Shown here piece by piece: positions 32,778 through 42,412 of a DNA stretch of 64,000 bases. Within the stretch, counting starts at the first letter, position 1; every line of letters starts with the position of its first letter. The stretch is from Nannocystis bainbridge (lineage in GTDB: Bacteria > Myxococcota_A > Polyangia > Nannocystales > Nannocystaceae). Position numbers and translations under genes: made by a program. The notes below the pieces were generated by a model. It was not told where the DNA came from and did not search any database. It saw nothing but the letters and a program-made list of their open reading frames with translations. Where the stretch lies: assembly GCF_028368995.1 (NCBI RefSeq), contig NZ_JAQNDL010000003.1, forward strand, positions 704,001 to 768,000. Direction: 5' to 3'.

Positions 32778-33959
32778 ATGTCCCTCCCTCGTGCATCGCT
32801 CGCGTCGCTCGCCATCCTGCTCGTCCTCGTCTCACCCGCGTGCGGCGGCGACGGCGGCGACGCCACCGACAGCACCACCGACGACACCACCGCGGGCACC
32901 GACGACACCACCGCGAGCACCGACGACACCACCGCGGGAACCGGGCAGCCGACCACCGGCGAAGGCGACCCGAGCGGCGCGGCGATCGACGCCCCGGCCG
33001 AGACCTGGACGTGGGTCCCGTTCCCCGACGCCTATTGTGCCAATGGTGAAACCACCGGCATCGCCGTCAACCTCACCGGCCGCAGCGACCGCGTCGTCCT
33101 CTACCTCGAGGGCGGCGGCGCCTGCTGGGACGAGGCCACCTGCTACACCATGAACGCCAGCGCCCACGTCGCCGACGGCTACGGCGAGGCCGAGTTCGCC
33201 GCCGAGTTCGACCCGCAGCTGCCCAAGGTCGCCACCGCGCAGATCTTCGACCGCGACGACCCGATGAACCCGTTCCGCGACATGAGCTACGTCTACGTCC
33301 CGTACTGCACCGGTGACATGCACGGCGGCGACAACGTCGTCACCTACGGCGAGCGCACCACCATGCACGTCGGCGGCGCCAACCTGCGCGCCTACCTCGA
33401 GCGGATCGTCCCGACCTTCGCCGACGCCGGGCGGGCCTACCTCGTCGGCGCCAGCGCCGGCGGCTACGGCTCGACCTTCCACTGGTGGCGCGTGCAGGCG
33501 GCCTTCGGCGACGTGCGCGTCGACCTCGTCGACGACTCCGGCCCCCCGCTCGACCCGCCCTACCTGGCCAAGGAGCTGTCCGACACCTGGCGCACCCAGT
33601 GGAACCTCGCCGCCTCGATGCCGCCCGACTGCCCCGAATGCCGCGAGACCTTCGGCGCGCTCTACGATTATTACGGGGCCCATCACACCACCCAGCGCTG
33701 GGCCTTGCTCTCGTACACCCGCGACTGGATCGTGCCGATCTACTTCGGCTTCGATCTCGACGAGTTCCCGCAAGCGATCGCCGAGATCGTGCAATCCCGC
33801 GTCGCCCCCCACGAGCACGCCCGCTATTTCCTGGTCGACGCCGTCGGCCACGTCCTGCTCACGGCCCCGTTCCCGCTGCTCAGCGCCGGCGTCGACCTCC
33901 AGGCCTGGCTCGGCCAGATGGTCGCCGACGACCCCGCCTGGGCCAGCGTCGACCCGTGA
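32778..33959 (+). CDS. Pectinacetylesterase/Notum family lipoprotein
   Basis: Lipobox SPAC, Thr/Asp linker, 'LYLEGGGACWD', 'VYVPYCTGDMHGG', GASAGG nucleophile and 'DDSGP'. Confidence 0.88.
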   Translation: MSLPRASLASLAILLVLVSPACGGDGGDATDSTTDDTTAGTDDTTASTDDTTAGTGQPTTGEGDPSGAAIDAPAETWTWVPFPDAYCANGETTGIAVNLTGRSDRVVLYLEGGGACWDEATCYTMNASAHVADGYGEAEFAAEFDPQLPKVATAQIFDRDDPMNPFRDMSYVYVPYCTGDMHGGDNVVTYGERTTMHVGGANLRAYLERIVPTFADAGRAYLVGASAGGYGSTFHWWRVQAAFGDVRVDLVDDSGPPLDPPYLAKELSDTWRTQWNLAASMPPDCPECRETFGALYDYYGAHHTTQRWALLSYTRDWIVPIYFGFDLDEFPQAIAEIVQSRVAPHEHARYFLVDAVGHVLLTAPFPLLSAGVDLQAWLGQMVADDPAWASVDP

Positions 33960-34151
33960 CCGGCGGAGGATCCGGGCCCCCCAATCATGGCACTCGGATC
34001 CGCGCCGACGATTCTCGGCGAGTGCGCGACGGCTCGATCCGCCGCGCCTCGATCGAGGTCATCCTTCGCCTCGCCCCGCCGGCGAAGCGGAAGTCACGCC
34101 AGGGCGAGTCGCGCCTCCAGGACCACGAATCACCGCAGCTCGCTCCTCTCG

Positions 34152-34838
34152 TCATTCCTCGCGCGGCGTCGTCGTCCAGCGTGAGCGCATCTCCGAGCGG
34201 GTCGCCGGCCCGAGCTTGCCTGGTGCGATCGACCACATCAGCCGCGGCTCGCCGAACGGCAATGGGTCGACCGCCGTGTTCCACGTGCGCCAGCCCTTCC
34301 CGTACGTCTCGCGCAGCTCGCCCATCAGCTCTGCGTGGGCCGCCCCCGTCAGCCCTGGCGCCACCAGCACCCCGCTGTCGACCTCCCCCGCGTGCGCGTG
34401 CCAGTACTGGCGCTCGATCGCCGGCAGCGTCGCGTACAGCCGCGGCGAGATCACGTACTCCACCCCCGTCAGGTGCGCCCCCGCGTCGGTCCCGTCGAAC
34501 AGCACGCACTGGCTGAATTCCGCGTTGTGCTGGCCGCAGAAGAACAGCGCCCGGTCCGGCAGGCCCTCCTCGGTCGTCTCGCGCTTGGCCCGCGTGTAGC
34601 CGTCGAGGACCAGCAGCTGCTGCTCGATCGCCGTCCGATCTTGCGGCCCCAGCGTCCCGCCCTCGAGCGCGCGGATCGTCGCCGAGCGGGCGGCCTCGTC
34701 GCGGCGCGCCGGCCCGTCCCCGGCCGCGCCGCCGCCCTTCACGGCCGACCCGGCCGGCCCGCCGCGGCCGTGGCAGCCCGCCAGCCCGAGCAGCGCGCAC
34801 AGCGGCAGCCGGGCGCGGGCCGGGAGCGCCCCTCGCAT
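34152..34838 (-). CDS. DUF1264/OBAP (oil-body-associated protein) family lipoprotein
   Basis: Lipobox LAGC, with 'QCVLFDG...LTGVEYVIS..LYATLP..E..YWHAH..EV.SG.L..PG' and 'TYGKGWRTW...LPFGEPRLM'. Confidence 0.75.
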   Translation of the reverse strand: MRGALPARARLPLCALLGLAGCHGRGGPAGSAVKGGGAAGDGPARRDEAARSATIRALEGGTLGPQDRTAIEQQLLVLDGYTRAKRETTEEGLPDRALFFCGQHNAEFSQCVLFDGTDAGAHLTGVEYVISPRLYATLPAIERQYWHAHAGEVDSGVLVAPGLTGAAHAELMGELRETYGKGWRTWNTAVDPLPFGEPRLMWSIAPGKLGPATRSEMRSRWTTTPREE

Positions 34839-35031
34839 GTCGTGGCCATGGCCCCGGCTGCGCTTGCGCGCCAGCGGCCGGGCCGTCGCCGGCCGCTCGC
34901 CGGCACCTCGGGACATGTCCTTCAGGACATCTTGCTGCGATTGCGGTCATCGCCGCGCCCGCCCCGGCCCCGGGCGCGCTGGCACGGGCGCGAACGGGCC
35001 GGTCCGGCGCGCTTCGGCTATCCTGCCGGCC

Positions 35032-37377
35032 ATGCCCGACCCTGGCGACGCCCCGGACGACGCCTCGCGCGCGGCCCAGAGCATCGCCGCGCGCGAGGTC
35101 CGGCGGATCAAGGCCGCGGCGCACGCCAAGCTGTTCGGGCGCGACGCCGCCGCCCCGCCGGCCCAGCCGCACCGGATCGCCCGCTACGCGGTCCTGCAGT
35201 CGCTCGGCGTCGGCGGCATGGGCGAGGTCTACCTCGCCTACGACGACAAGCTCGCGCGCGACGTCGCCATCAAGCTGGTCCGGCTCGACCGCGGCGGCGG
35301 GCTCGAGCGGGCCTCCTCGCGGCTCCTCCGCGAGGCCCAGGCCCTGGCCCAGCTGTCGCACCCCAACGTCGTCCAAGTCTACGAGACCGGCAACTTCGAG
35401 GGTCGGGTCTTCATCGCCATGGAGTTCGTCCGCGGCGTGCACATGCGGCGATGGCTCGAGACCGCCCCGCGGACCTGGCGGCAGGTGCTCGACGCCTATC
35501 TCCAGGCCGGCGAGGGCCTCGCCGCCGCCCACCGCCGCGCCATGGTCCACCGCGACTTCAAGCCCGAGAACGTGCTCGTCGGCGACGACGGCCGGGTCCG
35601 CGTCGTCGATTTCGGCCTCGTCCGCAGCGCCCCCGACCCTGACGCCCCCGCCGACGTCCCCGACAACGTCAGCGCCGACGACCTCGAGCGCAGCTCGCGG
35701 TTGACCCAGAGCGGCGCGCTCATGGGCACCCCCTCGTACATGTCCCCGGAGCAGTTCCAGGGCCTCAAGGCGACCGAAAAGAGCGACCAGTTCGCCTTCT
35801 GCGTCGCCCTCTACCGCGGCCTCTACGGCTGGCACCCGTTCGCCTCCGAGACCCGCGCCGAGCTCAAGCGGCGCGTCATGACCGGCCAGATCGCCGCCCC
35901 CCCGCGCGACGCCAAGGTCCCGCCGGGCATCTACACCGTGCTCGTGCGCGGCCTGCACGCCGACCCCGCCCAGCGCTACCCCTCGATGGAGGCGCTGCTG
36001 GCGGCCCTGGTCGCCCCGCCGCGGCGGCGCCGGGTCGGCCTGATCCTCGCCGCCGGCCTCGCCGGCCTGTGCGCCGTCATCGTCGCCGCCGCCAGTCCGC
36101 GCGTCGACCACGCCTGCGAGTGGGCCGCCGCCGCCGAGCTGCCCGCGCCGGGCACCAGCCTCGCCGGCGCCTTCGACGGCATCGACCTGCCGTTCGCCGC
36201 CGCCACCGCCGCGCGCGCCGGCGCCCAGCTCGACCGCTACGCCGCCGACCTCGGGCGGGCCCGCGCCGCCGCCTGCTCGGGCCCGCTCGCCGCCGAGCCG
36301 CTGCGCGAGCGCCACCGCGCCTGCCTCGACCGCCGCACCCGCGACCTCGCGGTCGTCACCGGCGCCCTCGCGCGCCTGCGCCCCAGCCAGCTCGGCGACG
36401 CCGAGCGCTTGGCCGAGTCGCTGCCCGCCATCGCCCCCTGCTTCGACCCCGGCAACCTCGTCGGCCCCGGCCCCCCCGCCCCCGACCTCGCCGCCGCCCT
36501 CGACGAGGCCCGCGTCTCGGCCCTCGCCGGCCGCCCCAGCGACGCCGCCCGCCAGGTCGAGCGCGTCCTCAAGGAGGTCGGCGGCGACCCGCTGCGCGCC
36601 GAGGCGGCCGCCCTGCTCGGCCACGTCTCGTGCGCCCGCGGCCTCGCCCAGCAGGGCCGCGACCAGCTCGGGTCCGCGCTCCAGCTCGCCATCACCCACC
36701 GCGACGACGACCTCGTCGCCGACGTCCAGCGCTACCTCGCCGAATGCACCGGCGACGAGGTCGTGGCCCGCCTCGCCGGCGCCACCGCCGAGCGCCTGCG
36801 CGACCCCAGGCGCCTCACCGAGGTCGCCCTGCTGCGCGCCGAGCTGCTGGCCGCCCAGGGCGACCCGACCAGCGCCCAGATGCTCCTGCGCGACACCCTC
36901 GGCCGCGCCGACGACCGCCCCGCCACCGCCGCCCGCGTCGAGATGCTGCGCGGCCGCATGCTCGCGCTCCAGGGCGGCAACCACGAGGCCCGCGCCCACC
37001 TCGACCAGGCCCTCGCCCTGCTCGCCGGCCTCCCGCGCCACCCCGCCGTCGCCGACGTGCTCGAGGAGCGCGCCCGCCTCCACCTCCGCCTCGGCGAAAA
37101 AGCCGACGCCCGCCTCCGCTTCGGCGAAGCCCTGGCGATCCGCGCCGCCCTGCCCGGCCAGGACGCCGCCCTCGCCCGCCTCCACCTCGCCCTCGCCGAC
37201 CTCGCCGCCGCCGCCGCCGAGCGCAGCCGGGCCCACCGCCACTACGCCGACGCCGTCACCCACGCCAACCGCCTGCCCGACCTGCTGCCCGGCCAGGAGT
37301 TCACCCGCGCCAAGCTGGCGCGCGATACGGCCACCGGCAAGCCCCAGCCGGGTGAATGGCCGCCGCGCCTGCCGTGA
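35032..37377 (+). CDS. Ser/Thr protein kinase with TM segment and TPR-like C terminus
   Basis: LGVGGMGEVY, VAIK, HRDFKPENV, DFGL, GTPSYMSPEQ and SDQFAFCVAL. Hydrophobic segment after the kinase domain, then helical repeats. Confidence 0.92.
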   Translation: MPDPGDAPDDASRAAQSIAAREVRRIKAAAHAKLFGRDAAAPPAQPHRIARYAVLQSLGVGGMGEVYLAYDDKLARDVAIKLVRLDRGGGLERASSRLLREAQALAQLSHPNVVQVYETGNFEGRVFIAMEFVRGVHMRRWLETAPRTWRQVLDAYLQAGEGLAAAHRRAMVHRDFKPENVLVGDDGRVRVVDFGLVRSAPDPDAPADVPDNVSADDLERSSRLTQSGALMGTPSYMSPEQFQGLKATEKSDQFAFCVALYRGLYGWHPFASETRAELKRRVMTGQIAAPPRDAKVPPGIYTVLVRGLHADPAQRYPSMEALLAALVAPPRRRRVGLILAAGLAGLCAVIVAAASPRVDHACEWAAAAELPAPGTSLAGAFDGIDLPFAAATAARAGAQLDRYAADLGRARAAACSGPLAAEPLRERHRACLDRRTRDLAVVTGALARLRPSQLGDAERLAESLPAIAPCFDPGNLVGPGPPAPDLAAALDEARVSALAGRPSDAARQVERVLKEVGGDPLRAEAAALLGHVSCARGLAQQGRDQLGSALQLAITHRDDDLVADVQRYLAECTGDEVVARLAGATAERLRDPRRLTEVALLRAELLAAQGDPTSAQMLLRDTLGRADDRPATAARVEMLRGRMLALQGGNHEARAHLDQALALLAGLPRHPAVADVLEERARLHLRLGEKADARLRFGEALAIRAALPGQDAALARLHLALADLAAAAAERSRAHRHYADAVTHANRLPDLLPGQEFTRAKLARDTATGKPQPGEWPPRLP

Positions 37378-37496
37378 GCGCGCGATACGGCCACCGGCAA
37401 GCCCCTGCCGGGCGCCTGGCCGCCGCGCCTGCCGTGAGCGCGCGATACGGCCACCGGCAAGCCCCTGCCGGTGAATGGCCGCCGCGCCTGCCGTGA
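37318..37496 (+). repeat. Three tandem ~60-bp copies of the kinase 3' end including its stop codon
   Basis: gcgcgcgatacggccaccggcaagcccc(a/t)gccgg..ggccgccgcgcctgccgtga, three times (60, 60 and 59 bp). Confidence 0.92.
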
Positions 37497-37719
37497 ACCT
37501 TCGACATGTCCGAACGGACATGTCCGAAGATTCCGCCCCGCCACGCCGCGCGAATGCCGTCCGCGCCCGCCCACAGCGCCTCAGGCCGCCGCCGCAGCAG
37601 CCGTCCTCCGCCTGATTCACGCAGCGTGCGCGCGAGGCCACGCGTCCTCGGTCGACCCCCGATGCGTCTCACCGCAATGCGTGTTCGTCGCCGCCGATCT
37701 TCCGCGGTATGGTCCGCCG

Positions 37720-38421
37720 ATGCATCGCGGAATCATTACCCTTGCCATCGTGCTCACGGCCGCCTGCGGCCCCGGAAAATCCGACGACACCGAGACGGGC
37801 GAGCCCACCACCGCCGCCACCACCGAGACGGACCCGCCGACCACCGGCACCACCACGAGCACGGGCGATCCGCCCACCGGCACCACCGATACGACCACCA
37901 CCGGCACCGCCGGCTCGAGCACGACCTCGGAGCCGGGCACCAGCATCGGGACCACCGGCGACTCCGAAGATTTCGACCAACTCGGCGCCTGCGCCGTGCC
38001 CATGGTGTGCGAGGAGTTCTTCCACGGCGACGGCGAGGCTCAGGGCCACTGGGACGGGCCCGAGGGCTTCCTCGACATCGAGCGCTGCATCCTCACCGGC
38101 CTGCGCGACGCCACCCCGGGCCGCTACGTCTACGGCATCAACACCCAGGTCGCCAACGGCGGCTCGCTGGACAAGGCCAACATCATCGTCCACGCCGATC
38201 GCACCGTCACCTTCGCCGAGCACTTCTCGGGCAGCTTCTTCGACAGCGACACCGACAGCAGCACCGAGGTGTTCACCCCGGCCCAGACCTGTACGATCGT
38301 CGACGCCGCGTTCTTCGACAATTGCTTCGAGAACCACGACGATTGGTCGCACTACGCCGAATGCATGAAGATCGAGAAGTGGTGGACCGACTGCGTCGCC
38401 ATGGGCCCCCGCTGCGAATAA
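37720..38421 (+). CDS. Hypothetical lipoprotein (Thr-rich linker plus Cys-containing domain)
   Basis: MHRGIITLAIVLTAAC lipobox, a T/G/D-rich stalk and 8 Cys in the globular part. Confidence 0.75.
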   Translation: MHRGIITLAIVLTAACGPGKSDDTETGEPTTAATTETDPPTTGTTTSTGDPPTGTTDTTTTGTAGSSTTSEPGTSIGTTGDSEDFDQLGACAVPMVCEEFFHGDGEAQGHWDGPEGFLDIERCILTGLRDATPGRYVYGINTQVANGGSLDKANIIVHADRTVTFAEHFSGSFFDSDTDSSTEVFTPAQTCTIVDAAFFDNCFENHDDWSHYAECMKIEKWWTDCVAMGPRCE

Positions 38422-38811
38422 CCGCGCCGCCGCCTCGAGTCCTCGTCGATGCCTCGCGCCTGAACGCGAGGACATGTCCATTCAAACATACGCACAGGCG
38501 CCGGTGTCGTGCCCGCGAACGCGAGCCCATGGGCCGGCTTCGGCCGACCGAATCATGAGACTCGCTTCCTGCCCGTTCGAGCGACGCATTCCAGCCGTCC
38601 GCGCCGGCGATCGGATGCGGGTGCTCGTGGATCGCCCCACCCGGTGATCCGCGAGCCCTGCGCGACCCAGTCCTCAAAGGCAGACAGACCCCGCCGAATC
38701 CCCCGAACACGCCCGAATGGCGCCTCCCCGCGGCCCCGGCCCCGCCGCAACCAGCCCCTCGCCACCGCAGCCTCCACACCTCATCTCGCCGTTGCGATCG
38801 CCCCCCGGGGG

Positions 38812-39705
38812 ATGGTGTATCGTGCGCCCGAGGTGCCCTTCCTCGAAGCAAGACCGCGCGGCCGCCCGGACCCTTTGTGGCGCGCCGCGCTGGCTGGCCT
38901 GCTCGCGGCCCTGCTCGCCCTCCCGACCGCCTCCGCCGCCCCTGCCGCCGCCCCGGACCCTGCCGCTGTCGACGCCGGCTTTCGCAGCGGCCAGGACGCC
39001 TTTGATCGCCGCGACTACCCGGCGGCCGCGCGCACCTGGACCCGCACCGCCGACCTGTTGCCCGAGACCGCCGAGCACCGGGACAACCGCGCCGGCATCT
39101 ACGAGTACATCGTCGACGCTTACCAGCGAGCCCTGGCCCAGGACCCCTCGCCGCCGCTGCTCGAGGAGGCGCTCGCCGTCCTCGACGCCTACGCTGACGC
39201 CCACGCGGCCGCCCATCCCGGCCTCGAGCTGCCCGCCCCGGTCGCCGAGGCCCGGCGATCGCTGCGGGCCCGGCTCGCCGAGCTCCAGCCCGCCCCCGCC
39301 CCGGTCGAGCCCGAACGCCCCGCCCCCGCACCCCCCGTCCGACCCGACCCGCCGAAGCCCTGGAAGGGCCTCGTGATCGGCGGTGGCGTGGCTCTCGGCG
39401 CCGGCGTGGCGATGCTGGCGATGTTCGGGGCCGGCCTCACGCGGCTGCGCGCCCACGAGGACGATTTCGAGTCGCCCTCGCGGACTTGTGACACCGGAGC
39501 GCTCGTCGGCGAGTGCGCGGAGATCCACGCCCGTGGCAAGTCCGCCGACGCCCTCGCCACCGCCGGCCTCTACGCCGCCCCCGTGCTGCTCGGTGCCGGC
39601 GTCGCGCTGCTCGTCGTCGGCTTGCGGCGCCGGTCCGCCGCCCAGCGCTTCGCGCCGACCCTCGGCCGGTCGTCGATCGGGGCGACCTGGACGCTCCAAT
39701 TCTGA
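38812..39705 (+). CDS. Hypothetical exported protein with TPR-like N domain, Pro linker and two C-terminal hydrophobic helices
   Basis: Signal-like LAGLLAALLALPTASA, 'GQDAFDRRDYPAAARTW', hydrophobic glycine-rich helices and a terminal ...WTLQF. Confidence 0.7.
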   Translation: MVYRAPEVPFLEARPRGRPDPLWRAALAGLLAALLALPTASAAPAAAPDPAAVDAGFRSGQDAFDRRDYPAAARTWTRTADLLPETAEHRDNRAGIYEYIVDAYQRALAQDPSPPLLEEALAVLDAYADAHAAAHPGLELPAPVAEARRSLRARLAELQPAPAPVEPERPAPAPPVRPDPPKPWKGLVIGGGVALGAGVAMLAMFGAGLTRLRAHEDDFESPSRTCDTGALVGECAEIHARGKSADALATAGLYAAPVLLGAGVALLVVGLRRRSAAQRFAPTLGRSSIGATWTLQF

Positions 39706-39727
39706 ATCGGACCAGGCGGGACCTTCG

Positions 39728-41110
39728 ATGCCAATTCGCGCGCGATTCACCCCTGCCCTGGCCACGCTCGCCACCTCGGCCTGTTTCTTCAATCCCGGCA
39801 GTCCGTACGCCAACGGCACCACCGGCGATATCGACACCACGAACGTCGCCACCACCGCTCCCACCTCGACCTCCGGGGTGGCCCCGAATTGCGGCGACCT
39901 CGTCCTCGATCCCGGCGAAGAGTGCGACGACGGTCAGGCCGGCAACGGCGCCTGCACCCCCGATTGCAAGGACAACGTCTGCGGTGACGGCTGGCTCGGC
40001 CCCGGTGAGCTCTGCGACGACGACACCGCGACCTGCATCGATTGCCAGCGCGTCGTCTGCTCCGACGGCGTCGTCGCCGGCGACGAGCAGTGCGACGACG
40101 GCAACGGCAGCAACAGCGACGCCTGCACCAACGCCTGCAAGAACGCCACCTGCGGCGACGGCTTCCTGCACGAGGGGACCGAGCAGTGCGACGACGGCAA
40201 CCCCAGCGACGCCGACGGCTGCATCGACTGCCATGAGGCCGTGTGCGGCGACGGCGTCGTGTGGCAGGACGTCGAGGGCTGCGACGACGGCAACCAGGTC
40301 AACGACGACGCCTGCTCCAACAATTGCGCCCTGGCCTCCTGCGGCGACGGCATCGTCGGCCCCGGCGAGGCCTGCGACGACGGCAACGACAGCGACGCCG
40401 ACGCCTGCCTCAACACCTGCAAGGACGCCTTCTGCGGCGACGGCTTCGTCCTCGTCGGCGTCGAGGCCTGCGACGACGGCAACCAGCTCGACAACGACGC
40501 CTGCCTCGCCAATTGCGTGATCGCCTCCTGCGGCGACGGCCACGTCCACGACGGCGTCGAGGCCTGCGACGACGGCAACGCCACAGACGGCGACCTCTGC
40601 TCCAACGCCTGCGCTGCCAACCCCAAGCGCGTGTTCGTCAGCAGCAAGATGTACACCGGCGCCCTCGGCGGGGTCACCGGCGCCGATACGAAGTGCAAGT
40701 CGATGGCACAGGCCGCCGGCCTCGGCGGCAACTGGAAGGCCTGGATCTCCGGTGCCGACGACAGCAGCGCCCCCGCCGCGCGCTTCACCCGGTCGATCGG
40801 CGGCTACTTCTTGCCGAACGGGACCCAAGTCGCCAACAACTGGGACGACCTCGTCGACGGCCTCCTGCAGGCGAAGATCGGCCAGCACGAGCCCGGCGCC
40901 AACGTCCAAGGAGTGGGCCACACCGTGGTCCACACCAACACCAAAGCCGACGGCACGCGGACCGGCGACGCTCATTGCGCCGGCTGGACCAGCGATTCGG
41001 CCGACCTCTCGACCGCCCGTGGTTCGATGGCCCACGCGAACGTGCGCTGGACCGAAGACGACGTCCACTACTGCAGCATCGCGGCGCGCATCTACTGTTT
41101 CGAGCAGTAG
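39728..41110 (+). CDS. Cys-rich repeat (DUF4215/Myxococcus CDDGN repeat) lipoprotein with a C-terminal DUF1554-like domain
   Basis: About eight CGDG…E.CDDGN..DAC repeats. C-terminal 'KRVFVSS..YTGALGGVTGAD.KC..MA..AGL…WKAWIS…IYCFEQ'. Confidence 0.85.
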   Translation: MPIRARFTPALATLATSACFFNPGSPYANGTTGDIDTTNVATTAPTSTSGVAPNCGDLVLDPGEECDDGQAGNGACTPDCKDNVCGDGWLGPGELCDDDTATCIDCQRVVCSDGVVAGDEQCDDGNGSNSDACTNACKNATCGDGFLHEGTEQCDDGNPSDADGCIDCHEAVCGDGVVWQDVEGCDDGNQVNDDACSNNCALASCGDGIVGPGEACDDGNDSDADACLNTCKDAFCGDGFVLVGVEACDDGNQLDNDACLANCVIASCGDGHVHDGVEACDDGNATDGDLCSNACAANPKRVFVSSKMYTGALGGVTGADTKCKSMAQAAGLGGNWKAWISGADDSSAPAARFTRSIGGYFLPNGTQVANNWDDLVDGLLQAKIGQHEPGANVQGVGHTVVHTNTKADGTRTGDAHCAGWTSDSADLSTARGSMAHANVRWTEDDVHYCSIAARIYCFEQ

Positions 41111-41195
41111 GACACGGACTTTGCCAACCACCTGATCGCGCTCGCCTTTCGCCCCAAGTCCGCGTCCTGGCACAGAAATTCTGCTGACACTTGAG

Positions 41196-41224
41196 AGCCC
41201 GCGAGTCCCCAGGACTCGCGGGCT
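41196..41224. terminator. 13-bp stem hairpin between convergent genes
   Basis: AGCCCGCGAGTCC-cca-GGACTCGCGGGCT. No long U tract. Confidence 0.5.
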
Positions 41225-41343
41225 TCGACCTGTGTCTTGGAGAGCTGGTGGAGACGCTCCAGGTCCGCGCGACGGCGATCGCCTCGGCGCGCGTCTCGGG
41301 GTCGAGCCAGACCGGCGAGGCCGTAGCCGGCTTCCTCGGCGAA

Positions 41344-42120
41344 TCAGGCGACCACGAAGGCGGCGAGGTCGGCGAGCGTCGCACCGGTGGCGTGCCCGGC
41401 CGCTGACAGGGCCTCGGGGGCGACGTCCAGGCGATTGAGCCAGAACGTCGGGAAGCCGAACCACGCGGCCCCGGCGGCGTCCCAGCCGCCGAACGCGGCG
41501 AATACGATCTGCTCGCGCGCGAGGCCGAGTGCGGCCGGCCCCAGCGCGTACGCCCGCGGGCTCGGCTTGAAGGTCCGAGCGCGGTGGGTGCTGATGTGCG
41601 CGTCGAACAGGTCGGCGAGCCCCGCGTGCTCGAGCAGCCGCGCGAGCATCGACGGCGAATAGTTGGCAAGCGGGGCCAGGCGCAGGCCGTCGCGCCGCCA
41701 CGCCTCGAGAGCGGCGCGGGTGTCGGGCCACGGCGTGAGCTCGGAATACGCGGCCACGAGCCGGCGCCGGTCGGCGGCGGACAGGCTCAAGCCGCGCGCG
41801 CCGGCGGCGTAGTCGAGGGCTTCGCCGGTGACGATCTCGAAGTCCTGGTACTGCCCGGCGGTGGCGCGCAGCCATGCATATTCGAACTGGCGGACGCGCC
41901 ATTCACGGCATAGATCGGCGGCCTCACCGGGAGCGACGGCCTCGGCGACCCACTCGACGCCACGCGGATCGAAGAGAGTGAACAGGTCGAAACAGATCCC
42001 ACGGATGGTGGCGCGCCCGCTCGGGGGCGGCTGTGGGCCGCTGGCGGCCGGTCTGGGCCTGCACGCGCCGAGCAGCCCGCCGGCGCCCGCGACCAACTGA
42101 AGGAATCGGCGGCGAGACAT
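41344..42120 (-). CDS. Haloacid dehalogenase type II-like HAD hydrolase with a Tat lipoprotein signal
   Basis: MSRRRFL...LLGAC, motif I FDLFTLFD, WRVRQFEYAW, FKPSPRAY and GGWDAAGA..FG..TFWLNR. Confidence 0.85.
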   Translation of the reverse strand: MSRRRFLQLVAGAGGLLGACRPRPAASGPQPPPSGRATIRGICFDLFTLFDPRGVEWVAEAVAPGEAADLCREWRVRQFEYAWLRATAGQYQDFEIVTGEALDYAAGARGLSLSAADRRRLVAAYSELTPWPDTRAALEAWRRDGLRLAPLANYSPSMLARLLEHAGLADLFDAHISTHRARTFKPSPRAYALGPAALGLAREQIVFAAFGGWDAAGAAWFGFPTFWLNRLDVAPEALSAAGHATGATLADLAAFVVA

Positions 42121-42214
42121 ACGACGAGGATCGCGGGTCCGGGCGCCGCTGTCGATTGGCGATCGGCGTACCGCGTCTATGCATCTTTGTATGGGCCGCG
42201 TATGCTGGCGCGCA

Positions 42215-42241
42215 GTGCTCGACTGGGACGACCTGCGCTTC
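42215..42241 (+). pseudogene. Stub of a divergent LysR-type regulator (first 9 codons only)
   Basis: GTG-LDWDDLRF is a typical LysR N terminus, divergent from the HAD gene. An ATGCA-tcttt-GTAT dyad lies at 42179-42192. Similarity is lost immediately afterwards (SAPRKARP...). Confidence 0.5.
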
Positions 42242-42412
42242 TCCGCACCCCGCAAAGCACGGCCCGAAGCACCACGGCCCGCACCCGCACGACCCCGGCC
42301 CTGCCCGCCCCGGCCCGCGATAGAGGCGCGCGCCGCCTCCGCCCTGCAACTCCGGGCGACAGGTGCGAGCGCCGACGGCGACCACCGCAGCCGTCGCGGG
42401 CTCATTCGCCGC

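Noticed and set aside
37318-37496. Possible CRISPR array
   Set aside because: The units are contiguous 60-bp copies with no unique spacers, and no cas genes are in the window.
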